Shown here one piece after another: positions 36,676 through 49,994 of a DNA stretch of 64,000 bases. The position numbers were made by a program, and so were the translations under genes. The notes below the pieces were generated by a model. The model made no database searches. It was not told the DNA's origin and saw nothing but the letters and a program-made list of their open reading frames with translations. Positions within the stretch are counted from its first letter, which is position 1. The number at the start of each line of letters is the position of its first letter. This stretch comes from Felis catus (lineage: Eukaryota): positions 227,728,001 through 227,792,000 of the forward strand of contig NC_058368.1 of NCBI RefSeq assembly GCF_018350175.1, given 5' to 3'.

Positions 36676-37418
36676 TACATTGCAAGATTTTAACTAAAGG
36701 ACCACTCTATGAATTAAAAAAAAAAAAAAGGAAGAAAGAAAGAAAGGCAGAAAAAGTTACATTAAACAGAAAGGATGAACACGGATTTCTCTCTCTACTA
36801 CAGTCCTGAATTACACACACATGGGACATAAAGGAAAAAAAACTCTCAAGCAGAGTTAAGAGCTAACACACCCACACACCTCTCCCTCCTGCACCATGAG
36901 GGGTTTGGGGTGACAGATGCCGACGCTGGGAATCGGGGACACAGACGTGGTACAACAGATCCTTGGCTTCGAGTTTACTTCCCACTGCATCATGCGATGG
37001 GGATGAGACGCTGTCACTGACATTACTATAAATGTTTTAAAGCAAAGAGCAAATTAATGAAACACTTTGAATCAGCATTTTTCACCACTTAATTACCTTC
37101 TTACAGAAAAGTCTTTCTCAGGACACAGGTAGTCAGCTCACACTGGCTGTATCCCTCCCAAAACAGTTTCACAGTGCATTTTTCTAAGTTTTACTCCTAC
37201 TAAAATCTACTATACACCCACTATTGGAGGAAATCTGACCCAAACTCTACTTTCACAGATGTAAATATGACTCTGGATCTGACTTCATATGAACATTATG
37301 AGTAACTTTAAAATTCACCAAAAATAAAAAGGAAAACATATCTTGTATAGCTGCTCCCGCATGGTCAGTTGATTATAGTCAGGCAGGACAGGGTTAGTCG
37401 CTATATTAACTACTTAAA

Positions 37419-37636
37419 AAAAAATTTTTTTAACATTTATTCATTTTTGAAAGGCAGAGAGAGACAGAGTGCAAACGGGGGAGGGGCAGAGAGAGAGGGA
37501 GACACAGAAACAGAAGCAGGCTCCAGGCTCTGAGCTGTCAGCACAGAGCCCGACGTGGGGCTCGAACTCACGGACCGCGAGATCATGACCTGAGCCAAAG
37601 TCGGCCGTTTAACCAACTGAGCCACCCAGGTGCCCC
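37419..37636 (-). mobile_element. CanSINE (SINEC_Fc)
   Basis: 17-bp TSD tatattaactacttaaa at 37402-37418 and 37638-37654. Confidence 0.95.
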
Positions 37637-38407
37637 ATATATTAACTACTTAAAGTAACATCTTTAAAAGCCATTTTGTCCAATGAATAAGAATAGCACT
37701 ACTGCTAAGAAAGAAGACAAATCGGTGGGCCCTAAATTCTACTTCAACTAGCAGCCACCTCTAAATTACAACTAGGCAACCAGGTTTTGGTTTGGCTTGT
37801 AACCAGTCTCCCTCTTCAGTACCTGGCTACTAAGTCCTGACCAGTACTGCTGGCCAAGTAATTCTCTCTCAGTCAACAGGTCTACTGACAGGAGACAGAG
37901 TTGCTAAGCTGAGGCATCAGGCATTTCAGGCACCGAGCTGGTGGGTGACTTCAGGGACTGTGCAGAGGGTTTTGTGTCTCCTGCTTCAGTGTGTCATGTT
38001 CACGTCCACCTGTGTGAAGACCACAACTGCGGACTCCACCCAACAACTGCTGGTAGCAGCAGGTGCGTGCGCACCACGTCGGCCTGCCGCGCTGACTCGG
38101 CTTCTCTGACGCTTGCAGCAACGTGCAAACCCTGCCCTACCAACCACACGACAGCAGCACCGCGATGTCCCTGAACCCGGCACTTCTTGAACCCCTGGTG
38201 TCAACAACCACATTAGTACCAGAGGAAAGTAGCTCCCAGATTCTATCAGAGGGAAAAATTCCTGTAATGCTGACAAGGAGGCAGGTAGGAGGACCCGTTC
38301 CTCTCCCAGAGGTTTATAAAGATGCACCAAGTCACCACACTGTGCAAAAGCAGAGGGCCTAGAAAGTCTGTGAATATCTTTCACAAGTTATAAAAATAGG
38401 TTGTCTT

Positions 38408-38640
38408 ACAGGAAATCTATAGAGAAAAAGAGTAGCTTAGCAGATGCCTAGGAATGGAAAAAATGGGAAGTCTGGAGGGATGAGGGTTAAGGGGTATGGG
38501 TGTTTTCCTGGTGTTGCAGATATTCTAAAATTAACTGCAGTCATGGTTGTACTACTCTGTGAAGGTCCTAAAAATCCACTGAATCACACACTTTAAATGG
38601 GTGATTTTTACACTAGGTCAGTTATATTTCAATAAAGCTG
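38408..38640 (+). mobile_element. L1M (L1MB-like) 3' terminal fragment
   Basis: 'aaatctatagaga…agtag…ttag…tgcctagg…tattctaaaatt…atggttgtac…cactttaaatgggtga…tatatttcaataaagctg'. Confidence 0.75.
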
Positions 38641-39639
38641 ACACACACACAAAAAGGTTGTTTGGAAATGTTTCAAAAACATTCTACATAAACTGATTAT
38701 TAAAAATATTTATATGGAATAGAGACCGCTTTGAATAGAGGGGGTATGATTATTTTCCTTCTCTCCTAACAATGGAATACACAAGGTTTCGGTGTATTCC
38801 ATAATTAAAATAGTACTCATGTTTAACACCACTGTCAAATATTCCTCTGGGAAATCAGTGTACATGTTATTCTAAGTCAATCCATTCCTGATCCCAGCAG
38901 TCAGTCCAGGGTGCTGAAGAGAAAGAAAGAGGACTACCGACATATTCATCATCTTTGCTTGGGCAAACAGTTCACTGTAAGACTAAGGCTTGAAGAATAA
39001 ACACACAGATTTTATAATTAAGACAAAAATTTTTTTTCATAAAAGGTTTTATGTCATTGCATAAAAATGCAAGCACTTTAAGATTTTGAATGCATTTAAA
39101 GGAAGTATGTTGAGTCACCATTAAGTTTTTAGTTTGGGGGGAATCTTTGCTGCTCTGGGGAAAAAAAGCTGCAAAGGGGCTTGGGAAGGGCCAAACCACC
39201 ATAATTCCCTATCATCTGGACTTTCATTCTGAGGACTCAATAGTTCCATAAAATTAGATTAGTCCCTCCCACAAATAAATCATTTGTTAAACAGGTCATC
39301 CACCTAACCCACCAGGTCAGCTGGTTGAATCTACAGTTGTAAGTCTTAGGTTTCATCAAAAATGTACACTTTTTATCAGGGAAAGCACAAAAAAACTTAC
39401 ATCCCTACCCAAAAGCTTTTGACAACTTGCCAGTGGTTTCATTCTACAAACACGTTTATTGATTGGAATGAGTATAGATTAGTGCTAAATTTCATTCATG
39501 GTTTTCACATTTTGGCTTTAAAAGAAAAAGCTTTCATTTTTCTAGAAGATTTCCAGTTTACATAAATTAAACCACCTTTGCACCCAGCAGAACCATCACT
39601 GGCCAACATCCCACCTTTAAACTGTTAAAGCTATTAATA

Positions 39640-39850
39640 TTTTATATAGTTCTTTACAGTTCTCAAAGCATTTTCCAAACCTAATTAGTTCACCCAATGA
39701 CTAAACCCAGCCTGTAAGATAGATACATTTATTTTTTTTACATTTATGGTCTACACAATAGAAACCAGGGACTCGAGGGTCAAAGATAAGTAATCACCAT
39801 TTACTGGAGATAATACAGCCAGCAAGCCATAATCAAATCCAATTCTTCTG
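39640..39850 (-). mobile_element. MIR fragment
   Basis: 'tttatatagttctttacagttctcaaagcatttt…' resembles the antisense MIR 3' end. Highly diverged. Confidence 0.4.
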
Positions 39851-41767
39851 TGGTTTTTTGTTTCTTTTTTGCTATACTCAACCCAGAGCCTGATTTGTTT
39901 GTTGTTTTGTTTTTTGCGAGTTTTTTTAGGTCTATTTCTAGAACTTATGTTAGTTTTTATAAATGAATTAGATTGTATTATAAGAAGCTTAAAATATACT
40001 TTTAAAGTATCAAAATCTGAAATGTTTTACAAGTAGCAAATTGCCCTTCCTAGGTTTCTCTTGTATTCTGGACATATTATGCAAGAATGGGTAATATTTT
40101 GTCTTGGTTTTTCAGAGATACCATTTTCCCCTTCATTCTTTAATAGATCAGACTTGCCCCCAAAAGAACAAATGTCCTTAAAGTCTTCATTAATATGTTA
40201 CTCAGATCAAATCTTCCAAATTATTGGAGTATAATTTATGGTAAAGTAAAATCCCTTTTTAAATATACTTTTTATTAAAACCATTTAATACTGTTAAAAA
40301 CAGTACATTTTTAACCTAAACATTATCCTACCCACATTCTGTATCACATTCCTTGAAAATGATCTAGCTTCTTAGATTTGCTCAAAAAACTTTTTAAGTC
40401 ATTTCAGATCTTTTTACAAATCAAGCACTTTTTAAAATGCCCCACACCTCTGCTAAATGACCTCATGTGGCAATTCCTGTATTTCTCTTAAGAGAGTGAC
40501 AGAACTGCTTCTATGAAACAGACCAAACACATTCTGCAGCATAACCTGCAACCATTCATCACAACGCTTCCCCTTTTACTCGTAGATACCTGTTGCAGTT
40601 AAGACAAGAAACAATTTTCACTATTTCCCTCCCCACAGAACACCAAACCATGATTCTCAAATATCGATTCTCTAAATACAGATCTCAGAACACTTTCCCT
40701 CCATTGCATTGTGGTGTAAACCTTCCTCCAGTCACAGCTTACAAAACGGGCTCACGGGGCCATCGGCCCCTGACGAGCATCAGGCTTTGCAGGAGAATCC
40801 CGGCAGTCATCACAGGACAGAAAGGGCCAACGTGCCGAGGCAACTAGCACCCTACCCACAGGGCGGCGAAGGTATGAGCATCCCCCCAGCCACTGGTCTG
40901 GCCACTAGCCTCTAGGGTCACAGCTGCCTGGTCCCCGATGCATCGCCCAGCTCCTCCAAATGTCATCACAGAAATGTAGTTTTTTATCCTCTGCCATTCA
41001 TTCCGCCTCTGAAACTACGGGTATTTCTTTTTGGCCTTGAAGTAGTCCGTGGCGTCACGTTGTCAGTACCTTCTTCGCACAGGAACCTTGTCACCGTTTT
41101 CAATGATAATGACAGACGGTAAATCTTTTAGGTGTGTGTGGTATAGAGGGGAAAAAATTAACCAGAAGCTTAAGAAGAAACAGAATAAATGGGACATTAT
41201 GTCTACTATATTCAGGGACAAGAGAGGGAAGGAAAACTCTTCATACTAAAGGAAAAGCGGGGTCAGTTGCCTGCTTCCACAAGAACTCACTAAGCGGTCA
41301 TTTCCAGTCGGTGAGGTCTTACCCACTGAATGCCATCAGACCACCATCGTAGCCAAGCCCCAGCCTTTCAAGGTGATTTTATCTCCCCTGCTCCACCCGA
41401 GGTCCTGGAGCATCACTTAGTGCTCTGTTGCCTGCCCTTCCCCACCTGAGCTCAGCACTTCCCACCCGTCAGCCCCCAAGCTAATCCCACCCGGGGTTGA
41501 GGCCTATTCAGTGGCTGCCTCCTACCACGGAGCATCCCTGCTGTAAGTGGGGTGGGTCCCCCACACGAGGTGATCTTCTGACATATGGAAAAATGTACTA
41601 GAAACTGCCAAGTTTTAAAAACTCTTTCAGCCTCTAAAGTTCCAATTTTGTGACTTTTTGCAATACACAGCATTAAGTCAACCAACACACATGTTGACAA
41701 TATATTCCCGTTTTGTTTGTTTGTTTTTTACTGATTTAGTACGCTGTGTTTTAAAAGATTGTTGCCA

Positions 41768-41990
41768 GGGGCGCCTGGGTGGCTCAGTCGGTTGAGCGTC
41801 CAACTTCGGCTCAGGTCATGATCTCACGGTCTGTGAGTTTAAGCCCCGTGTTTGGCTCTGTGCCGACAGCTCGGAGACTGGAGCCTGCTTCGAATTCTGT
41901 GTCTCCCTCTCTCTCTGCCCCTCCCCCGCTCATGCTCTGTCTCTGTCTCAAAAAAATAAACATTTAAAAAAATTTTTTTAAATAAATAAA
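41768..41990 (+). mobile_element. CanSINE (SINEC_Fc)
   Basis: TSD taaaagattgttgcca at 41752-41767 and 41991-42006. Confidence 0.95.
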
Positions 41991-42769
41991 TAAAAGATTG
42001 TTGCCAGTGGCTCAGTCTCTGAGAGCACCTCGCTTTCTACCCTGTGTTGCACAGTGAACAAGAGCATGTCCATCTAAACGTTTAGTAAGTGTTTCTTGTA
42101 CATCCACATCACGTGCCGTGCTAGGCAATGACAACAGACAGTTCCTGCCTTCAGGGAGCAAAGAATGGACCTGTTCATGGAGCTAAGTATATTGCAAGAG
42201 CCCACAAAACTAAAACCATAAATGCAATCAAGTGTGAGGCTGGTGTTAACAGAAATTTAAGGAGACATAATGCAGAAGTGGGGGGGGGGGGCAACAAGGT
42301 TGGTGTGGGGGAGCAGGAAATGCCTATCTGTACGGGGAGGGGGATAGGGAGAACATGTCCGTAAAGCCAGAAACAAGTGAGCATGCCTCATTCAGGGGGC
42401 GGAGAGCAGCCTGGTATGGCAGAAACATGCAGTGGCAAACCCACACCCGCTCTGCCCTATCAGCCACGTGACCCTGACAACCACTCAGCGTCTGTCACCT
42501 TTGGCCTCTAACGCTACCAAATGAGAATCACAAGACCCACCTGAGCAGGACCGTCAGAAGGATCAGATGAGATAACTCAGGTAGTGCTTGTCACGGGAGC
42601 TGGTGGTTGCTGTTGCCACTGCGGTTATAATTAAGTCCTTACGTTCTCAACTAGACTGTTACGCCCAGAAGACCAGACTCTTTACCCTAATGAACTTGTA
42701 TACGGAGATTCTCCACAAGAGTTGCTTCCTCCCAATTCCTTCAATGACCTAAGACAGCATGAGAAACTA

Positions 42770-43160
42770 CAGTAGTCCCCCCACTCCTCCCCGTGTCGAC
42801 CATGGTCTGGAATCGGATGACCCTCCTCCTGACACATTGCCAAAGGCTACATCACAACGCCCCCATCACTCACCTCACTGCATCTCCCCAGGCAGGCACT
42901 TCATCATCTCACAGCAAGGAGTACGGTACCGCAAGATATTTTGAGAGAGACCACATTCACGTACCTTGATTGCGCTGTATTATTAGAACTGCCTTATTCT
43001 ATTATTACTGTTCATCGTTTACTGTATCCAATTTATAAATTAAACTTTACCACGGGTGTGTATGTACAGGAAAAAAATATATATAGACTTCAGTCCTCTC
43101 CGTGGTTTCAAGTACTAAAGGTCTTGGATTGGATTCCTCACAGATTAGGGGGGACTACTG
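42770..43160 (+). mobile_element. MER44-type (TcMar-Tigger) MITE
   Basis: Perfect 13-bp TIRs CAGTAGTCCCCCC / GGGGGGACTACTG, with TA on the left flank. Internal 'aagatattttgagagagaccacattcac' and 'aatttataaattaaacttta'. Confidence 0.88.
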
Positions 43161-44202
43161 TTACTAAGAAAAAGCTCAGTCACTGGGTTATGCCTACATA
43201 AGACTCTCCAGAGGAATGCAAGTCCCCCCAAATCAGAAAGGATCCTATTCTGAGTCTACAATAAAATGCATAACTTCCTATAACTTTGCATAATACAAGT
43301 TTTAAATAACTGATCATAACAATAACTGATCATGGCACGTTTTGTTCTCGCATACTTTATGTTCTAACGACATTATTAAACTCCTAAGAGCAGAGAATGA
43401 AGCTGGGAAATACCTCTCTCTCTCCTGCAGAAAGGACAGGAACCAGAGGCGCCTAGAAAGAGACCCGTTCAGGAGAGCAAGGCGGGCCCAAGAATGGGCA
43501 TAACAGACTTTCAACTTAACCCCAAGGAAAGGTTCCCCCCCTCCTTCACTTATAGCCTGGAGGGTCTACAAACAAAATGCATCTACCCTCTGGTTTGACA
43601 AAATCAAAACAGTGATTATGACTCATTAGTGCTCAACTGTGAAATCTATAAAAGTCAACTGAAAATAGCGAAAGTTCATTCATAAAATATAACCTTAACT
43701 CTTTCTGGAGTCAGACACCACTAACAGCACTCCTTCCGATATACACTTTCTGGCACCCCCAGGTCATCAAAGGGTCCGCCCCACAGATGGGGGAATGGAA
43801 AGGGCAGGGGGCCATTACTGACAAATGGGCCTGTTCAGCACGTTCAATCCGAGTGTAACAGGATCATAAAGTGAGAGAGAGAGAACTATTGAAGCAAAGC
43901 ATATATCTGCACCTCTGGACTGCTAAAATACCAAACAACAGTTACACAGGAAAAACTATTCTTTGTTTTTCCCTTCTTTGTAACATCAACCACTAAATGC
44001 ATGTAGTGGGAACTGGCAGGTAATTTGCAAATTTAATCCTCAAGCAACCTCAGGTGAAAGGTACTGATGTAGCTCATTTGTAGAATTAAGATATACATGA
44101 GCCTCAACTTACCACTTTCTCTCCATCTCTGAAAGGAGAAAAAAAAAAAAAAAGACAGCCAAGCGATACTGGAAAAAGTATATTGCAAATTTCAGTGCTT
44201 TA

Positions 44203-44424
44203 GGGGCACCTGGGAGTCTCAGCCGGTTAAGTGTCCAACTTTGGCTCAGGTCATGATCTCACAGCTTGTGAGTCTGAGCCCCACATCGGGCTCTGTGCTG
44301 ACAGCTCAAAGCCTGGAGCCTGCCTCTGATTCTGTGTCTCCCTCTCTCTCTGCCCCTCCTCCGCTCATGCGGGGTCTCTCTCTCTCTCAAAAATAAATAA
44401 ACATTAAAAAAATTTTTTAAAAAC
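44203..44424 (+). mobile_element. CanSINE (SINEC_Fc)
   Basis: 17-bp TSD caaatttcagtgcttta at 44186-44202 and 44425-44441. Confidence 0.95.
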
Positions 44425-44809
44425 CAAATTTCAGTGCTTTAATTATTATGGTAATAGGTGATTTTTCACCACACACGTTACAAATATTAGGATTCAGCAG
44501 CATATTGGAACATCAAGAAACTTTACCCTAGAGAAAGAATCATACCAAGAAATGACCAATTAAAATGGGCAGGTGGGGAGATAAGGAAAAGATAGAGAAG
44601 GAAAATATAAGAAATAAAGAGAGAAGAGATTCAAGAAGAACAACTGAGAAGTTCTGAGAAAGCTTACACGGATAGTAAACTGCTTATTTCACCCCTCTAC
44701 AGTCCACCTGCCTTATCAGAGCAAAGTGCTGATCTGCACATTTAAACACATGGTCAACACCCTCCATGGAACCTCACCTCCATACTCCTTTGTTCTATTT
44801 TCTATCTGT

Positions 44810-45630
44810 AAATCTGTGGGGGCTTTTGAAATTGTGACAGTGTTTGGGGGGAGGGGGAACGTTACTGGCATTCAGAGGACGAGGGCCAGGAATGCTGGAC
44901 AGACCTCTCATGTGACAGCCCCCAAAACACACACTCTTCATTAAACACCTTGCTGACTTTCCAAAGTTTGCCAGACATTCAAAGAATTCAAAATCCTGAG
45001 CTTAGAACCTAACTCCATTTTTTGCATAAACAGAAACAAATTTTTGGCACAGATTTTATACACTACATTTTCCAGGAGACAAACTATCTTGTAAATGGAG
45101 GAAATCTCTACTTTGGCTTGGAAATATACCAAGAACTGCTCACTTCAGAAAATCCCATCACCAGCAGCAATTTGGCTTGTGACATCTGAGTCACCAGCAC
45201 AACACGTTGGTAGCAGTCAGCCTCGTGGACGTCCTGTCCGTGGAGATGCTAAGTAGGGGTGCTACACCTTCTAGAGTAGATCCAAGGCCTGGCCACAAAC
45301 ACCATGAGCACCTCTCTGTGTTTAGAAAAGGGGTTCGTGCCTCTTCTGCTGACCTTTCCTTCCCATAGCAAGACTGTCAGTGAAGGAAGCTACCAGGCGA
45401 TCTACAGGTTCAGGAGCAGACCAGCACGTCCAGCCCCACTGTTCTGGTACAGTCCTACTGAAGCACTGCATACTTAAATGTTCGTAAATTATGTGTCTTC
45501 CATTTCTTCTTTGTTATTTAAAACACCGTTTTGATTTAAGTGGATGTTAATTACATTTTAGGATACTACACACAGCATTAGACATTTTATCAACAGAGGA
45601 ACAGCGGCTGGTGGAGTTAAGAGAGCCTCT
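44810..45630 (+). mobile_element. MER20B-like hAT-Charlie DNA transposon remnant
   Basis: MER20-like 'tactggcattcagagg…gggccaggaatgct…gacagcccc' followed by 'ctgagcttagaacctaactcc', 'ttttccagga', 'taccaaga…gaaaatcccatcacc'. Confidence 0.6.
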
Positions 45631-45894
45631 GCCGTAAAGACGAGAATCACCTGAATTCAGCCTTGAACCCTGTCTTCTTCCTAAACGAACACGGGAAAAA
45701 TCTATCCTGCCGAACACGGGCAGGATTGTATGGACTGTGCCAAGGTGGTCAAAACTACATCAACCCCCAAACCTAAATTAAACTCCTGGAACAGGTTCTA
45801 GAGATTGTCTACTGATGTTTTACAGTTCTGGTTTATTCAACACTAGTTGAGAAAAGGAGACCTGTTCTCGCAAGCCTTACAACAGTACTGCGGG

Positions 45895-46123
45895 AAGGGG
45901 CTGACAGATGACGGCCTGCAGGCCGAATCCAGCCGGTGGCCACTGTCTGCAGAGTCTCCCTGGAATGCAGCCACGCCCCTTCTCTGCAATTACCGCTTCC
46001 ATGTTCCTTCCATCTGCAGGGCTGAGGAGGCACAATGGAGACTGAGACCAACCCTGTGGGTCCACAAAGCCTAAAATGTTTACTATCTGGCCATTTATTA
46101 TTTTCTTCAAGTGCCAATTCCTG
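45895..46123 (+). mobile_element. MER58A hAT-Charlie MITE
   Basis: 'aggggctgacagatgacggcctgcaggccgaatcc…tggaatgcagccacgccc…cacaaagcctaaaatgtttactatctggcc…tgccaattcctg'. Confidence 0.82.
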
Positions 46124-48304
46124 TTCAAGATCAAACCTTGATATGTTTTATTTTTATCTTACCTCTGTTTGAAATACATAATAATCCATATGTCATAATG
46201 GACATCATAAATTTAAATATTACAGAGGATGTCGGAGAATAACAGGATGCTGTGAACTCCCTGCAATATGTTTGAATTTTGCAGTTTCCTTTCATTAACA
46301 GGGATCTTTATAAAATTTCCTGTCCAGATTTTGGATGGTCACGGCCCACTATTAGAATGGTTTGAACCATCTATTATAACTTGATATGTTCAAACAATCT
46401 TAATAAAACTTTCCTTATCAAGTAAAGTCCTCTAAAGTCAAACAGTTCTAGAAGCGGTGATAAAGTAGATTTAAACTTCCTGAAGCTCATTCAAAATGAC
46501 GCGATGTGTGCCCTCGTAGATTCCCTGTACTCACGTCCCCATGCAACCTCCCGGAAGCTCACATGAATACAAGAAATGAGACGGGACACAGTGAGGTTCT
46601 TCTCTGTGCCCACCCCCATCAGAGCACACGGCGGGCCATCATCGCCTGCTTCCCAGACATACAAGGACACGGCCGGCACACCGTCGGTTACAGGCTCCCA
46701 CGTTCACGGCAGCAGACCATCCGTCCACTTCAAAACCAGCTTCAGCTCGCCCAGGCCGTGTGGACCGCGGGAAGACCAAGCAGGGAATAAAAAGACACAA
46801 GCCGCGGGCAGAGCTCCCCTTGTAACAGCTATCAAGACGGAACACCTCAGAATTAAAACTCAAAGGTGCCGAAAGCTGCATTAAAACACACAAATGTGTC
46901 CCCCCACCCCAAACTAACCACAAAGTAATAAAAGCAAACCCTTTTTTCCTTTTTCTTTTATGGGGGGTGGAGGGTAGGGTTTCGTCCATCAGAAACCCTG
47001 AACGCGTCAGCTCTCGCTGGCCCCACACGCAGGCCCGGCCACCTTCCTTCTGCACTCAAAGCTCAGGTATCCAAGCCGCAGGGCCTTCTATTAGGGAATA
47101 CTTTGCCAAGTATTAACGATGAGGTGTACTCATTGTGAGTTTCAAATATAACAGACATGATATTAGCAAAACTGGATTCTAATTTTACTCATAAGAGACT
47201 TTTCCAGCACACAGAAGACTATATTCCTGAATTGAAATTTCGTACCAGAAGTAAACAGGGGCTGGAATCCTTATCGTAGGACCTAAAACAAGCACCACCC
47301 CCCTCCCCAGTCCGACTTCAGTGCAGCATAACTTACCCACGTGTACTTGGTGGAAAACCACACGGAGCTCTGGATATCTCTTACTCACAGGTCAGCCTTC
47401 CCAGCCAAACTGCTCAGAGGGTGCTATTTCCACCTGCCATTTCCTACTTCCTATCCTGAGATACCACGGATACTGAGGAAGTGCTCCCCGACTGGCCGCA
47501 TTAAACACAAAAGCCCAAGCATACTGCTTCGGAAAATAAATCTACCCGAAAACCACAAATGAGGAAGCCCACGCCGTAACCAACAACCGACTTGAGGACT
47601 GTTTCACACGGCACACAAGGATGGATGTCCCTGTCCTCGAACACAGAGGTCAAGAGTGTGCTGTTTCTTGGCTTTCTCCTCATGCTACAACTTACAGAAA
47701 ATATCCTCATTTTAACTCTCCAAGTCAACTCCCTTCACTTTTATGACACAGTATGAGCCGTTGACAGCAAGGCACGTCCCTCAGGCCTAAAGGGGATGAC
47801 CAAAGTGTCTGAGATCCCTCAAGGACAGAGAGCTGCGAACAAAACAAACCTGGCCTGCAAGCTGATAGCTTAATACTGTATTTATTTCCACCTGTTTTCC
47901 CCAAAGTGTTTCCCCCAAAGTGTCGTGCGCCTCAACTCTTAACATCACAGAGCTGTGGGTTTACTGGAAGCCCACCGTTCTGAGGACACTTACCCTGGGG
48001 ACCGCTCCTTCGGACTCACACCCCCGACACTGGGCTAAGGGAACACCAGGCAGGAGCCTAAAGAACCACCTTCCTCTCCGTCTTCCTGACACACTTCCCG
48101 GCCACTTGCTCGCTCGGCTTGCTCCTGGGGAAGATGTGGAAACATTCCCCACGAAGCCTCTACTCTGAGTGAAGGCCTTTCAAAATACTGGATTGCCCAG
48201 GCAACTGACTAAACAGGTTATTCAAATAAAGACAAAGACGTCATCTTTCACCAAGCTTCAGGGACAACGTGAAACTCTAATGTTCATGATTATTAGAAAG
48301 TCCA

Positions 48305-48529
48305 GAGGCACCTGGGTGGCTCAGTCGGTTAAGCGTCCGACTTTAGCTCAGGTCATGATCTCACCGTTCATGAGTTCGAGCCCCACGTCAGGCCCTGTGC
48401 TGACAGCTCAGATCACGGAGCCTGCTTCAGATTCTGTGTCTCCCTCTCTCTTCTGCCCCTCCCCTGCTCTCACTCTGTCTGTGTCTCTCTCTCAAAAATA
48501 AATAAAGATTAAAAAAAAATTTTTTTTTA
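48305..48529 (+). mobile_element. CanSINE (SINEC_Fc)
   Basis: SINEC body. TSD agaaagtcca at 48295-48304 and 48530-48539. Confidence 0.94.
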
Positions 48530-48801
48530 AGAAAGTCCATGTATTATAGACCTAGCCTCTTATAAATACACAATTCAGAATAAAACAGTATTATAAAAAA
48601 GAAAACTACTTCCGTAGACCTTTCCATCTGGATACGGTCAGCCTCAAAAATTAATGTGCAGAGTCCCGATTTACTTGATTGGTAAAATTCTTCTCACCCT
48701 CGCCCAGCCACCCAGGTGCCTCTTACCGTGACCAAACAGCTGCATGCAGCTGGCACTAGACTCATTCTCAACCTCCACAAGGTTTTCTTAAGACACAACT
48801 G

Positions 48802-49032
48802 GGGGCACCTGGGTGGTTCAGTCGGTGGAGCATCCGACTTTGGCCCAGATCATGAATTCATGTTCATGAGTTCCAGCCCCGCTCAGTCTCTCTGCTGTCA
48901 GCACAGAGCCCTCTTGGGATCGATCCTCTGTCCCCTCTCTCTGCACCCACCCCGCTCTCACACGCACGTGTGCACACTCTCCCTCCCCCGCCCTCTCTCT
49001 CTCAAAAATAAACAAACATTAAAAAAAAAAAA
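48802..49032 (+). mobile_element. CanSINE
   Basis: ggggcacctgggtggttcagtcgg head, CT linker and A-tail. Short TSD acaact. Confidence 0.9.
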
Positions 49033-49413
49033 CAACTCTATTAGCATGCTGGAAAGGCTGGGATTTCACAGGACAAAGGACCAGAAGTTCCCTTCCCCTA
49101 AACTGGTGACATCAGTCTGAGAACATCCTCACTGTCACCAAATCATCGCGAGGCTACAGGGCCTGGCACTCAGGACCGTGCCCTGCCGGTCCCACTGAAG
49201 ATTCTCCCAGCAGGAGTCGTCCTCTCCAGGCTGCACCAGCTGCGCCTGAAGCGCAGGGCTCACCCCTCCGGCAGGCCCCCCGAGTCGCCCCTGGACTGCC
49301 TCACCGTCCCTCTCATGGATTCGGTCACCGTGCCCCGCCGAAGGGGCGTGAGCACTGGCCCAGCCGTGGAGGAATTCAAAGCTGACTTTTCACTCATTTG
49401 ACGTCTTCCTTGT

Positions 49414-49465
49414 TTCCTTCCTTCCTTCCTTCCTTCCTTCCTTCCTTCCGTCCGTCCGTCCGTCC
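49414..49465. repeat. Compound (TTCC)n(GTCC)n microsatellite
   Basis: Read directly. Confidence 0.9.
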
Positions 49466-49494
49466 ATTGGTCCAGCCCTTCTTTACCGAGCACC

Positions 49495-49994
49495 GGGGTG
49501 GGCAGAACTTGAAGATGCCCCTCACAGAACCCCCTTCCCTGAGTGTCGTGACAGCCGCCGCCCATGACGGATGGGACCCCCGTGAGGCGGCCCCCTGAGG
49601 AGTGGCTCTCCGCCAACCGCCAACCGATCAGGGGAGGCCTTCGGGAGAGGGTGACGCCTCACAGAGGTGGTGCTGCCGGCCCGCACAGAGCCACCTGCCA
49701 CGGAGCGCGGAGGGCCACGGGGCGACGCTCGGCCAACAACCAGCAAGGCAGCTGAGGCCTCTGTCCTTCAACCAACATGACGTGCCTTCTGCCAACAGCC
49801 TGCATGAACCTGGAAGAGGACCCCGAGCTTCAGGGGAGCTAGCATCCCAGGCTTGACCTCAGCCTGCGAGACACCGAGCAGAGAACCAGCCACGTGTGGC
49901 CGGACGCCTGACCCGTGCGGAGTGTGACTTAACGTGTGCTCTTCTACGTGCCGAGTGTGTGGTGACCTGTCACACGGCAACAGAAACGAATCCA
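49495..49994 (+). mobile_element. MaLR solo LTR (MLT1E/F-like)
   Basis: Start 'gggcagaacttgaagatgcccc'. Internal 'ccagcaag…ttctgccaaca…tgaacctggaagaggaccccgagc…cagcctgcgagacaccgagcagagaaccagcc'. End 'tgtggtgacctgtcacacggcaacagaaacgaatcca'. Confidence 0.75.

Noticed and set aside
43305..43333. Small tandem duplications (aataactgatcat x2; also near 7759, 12167 and 47893)
   Set aside because: Ordinary two-copy slippage events with no sign of function.
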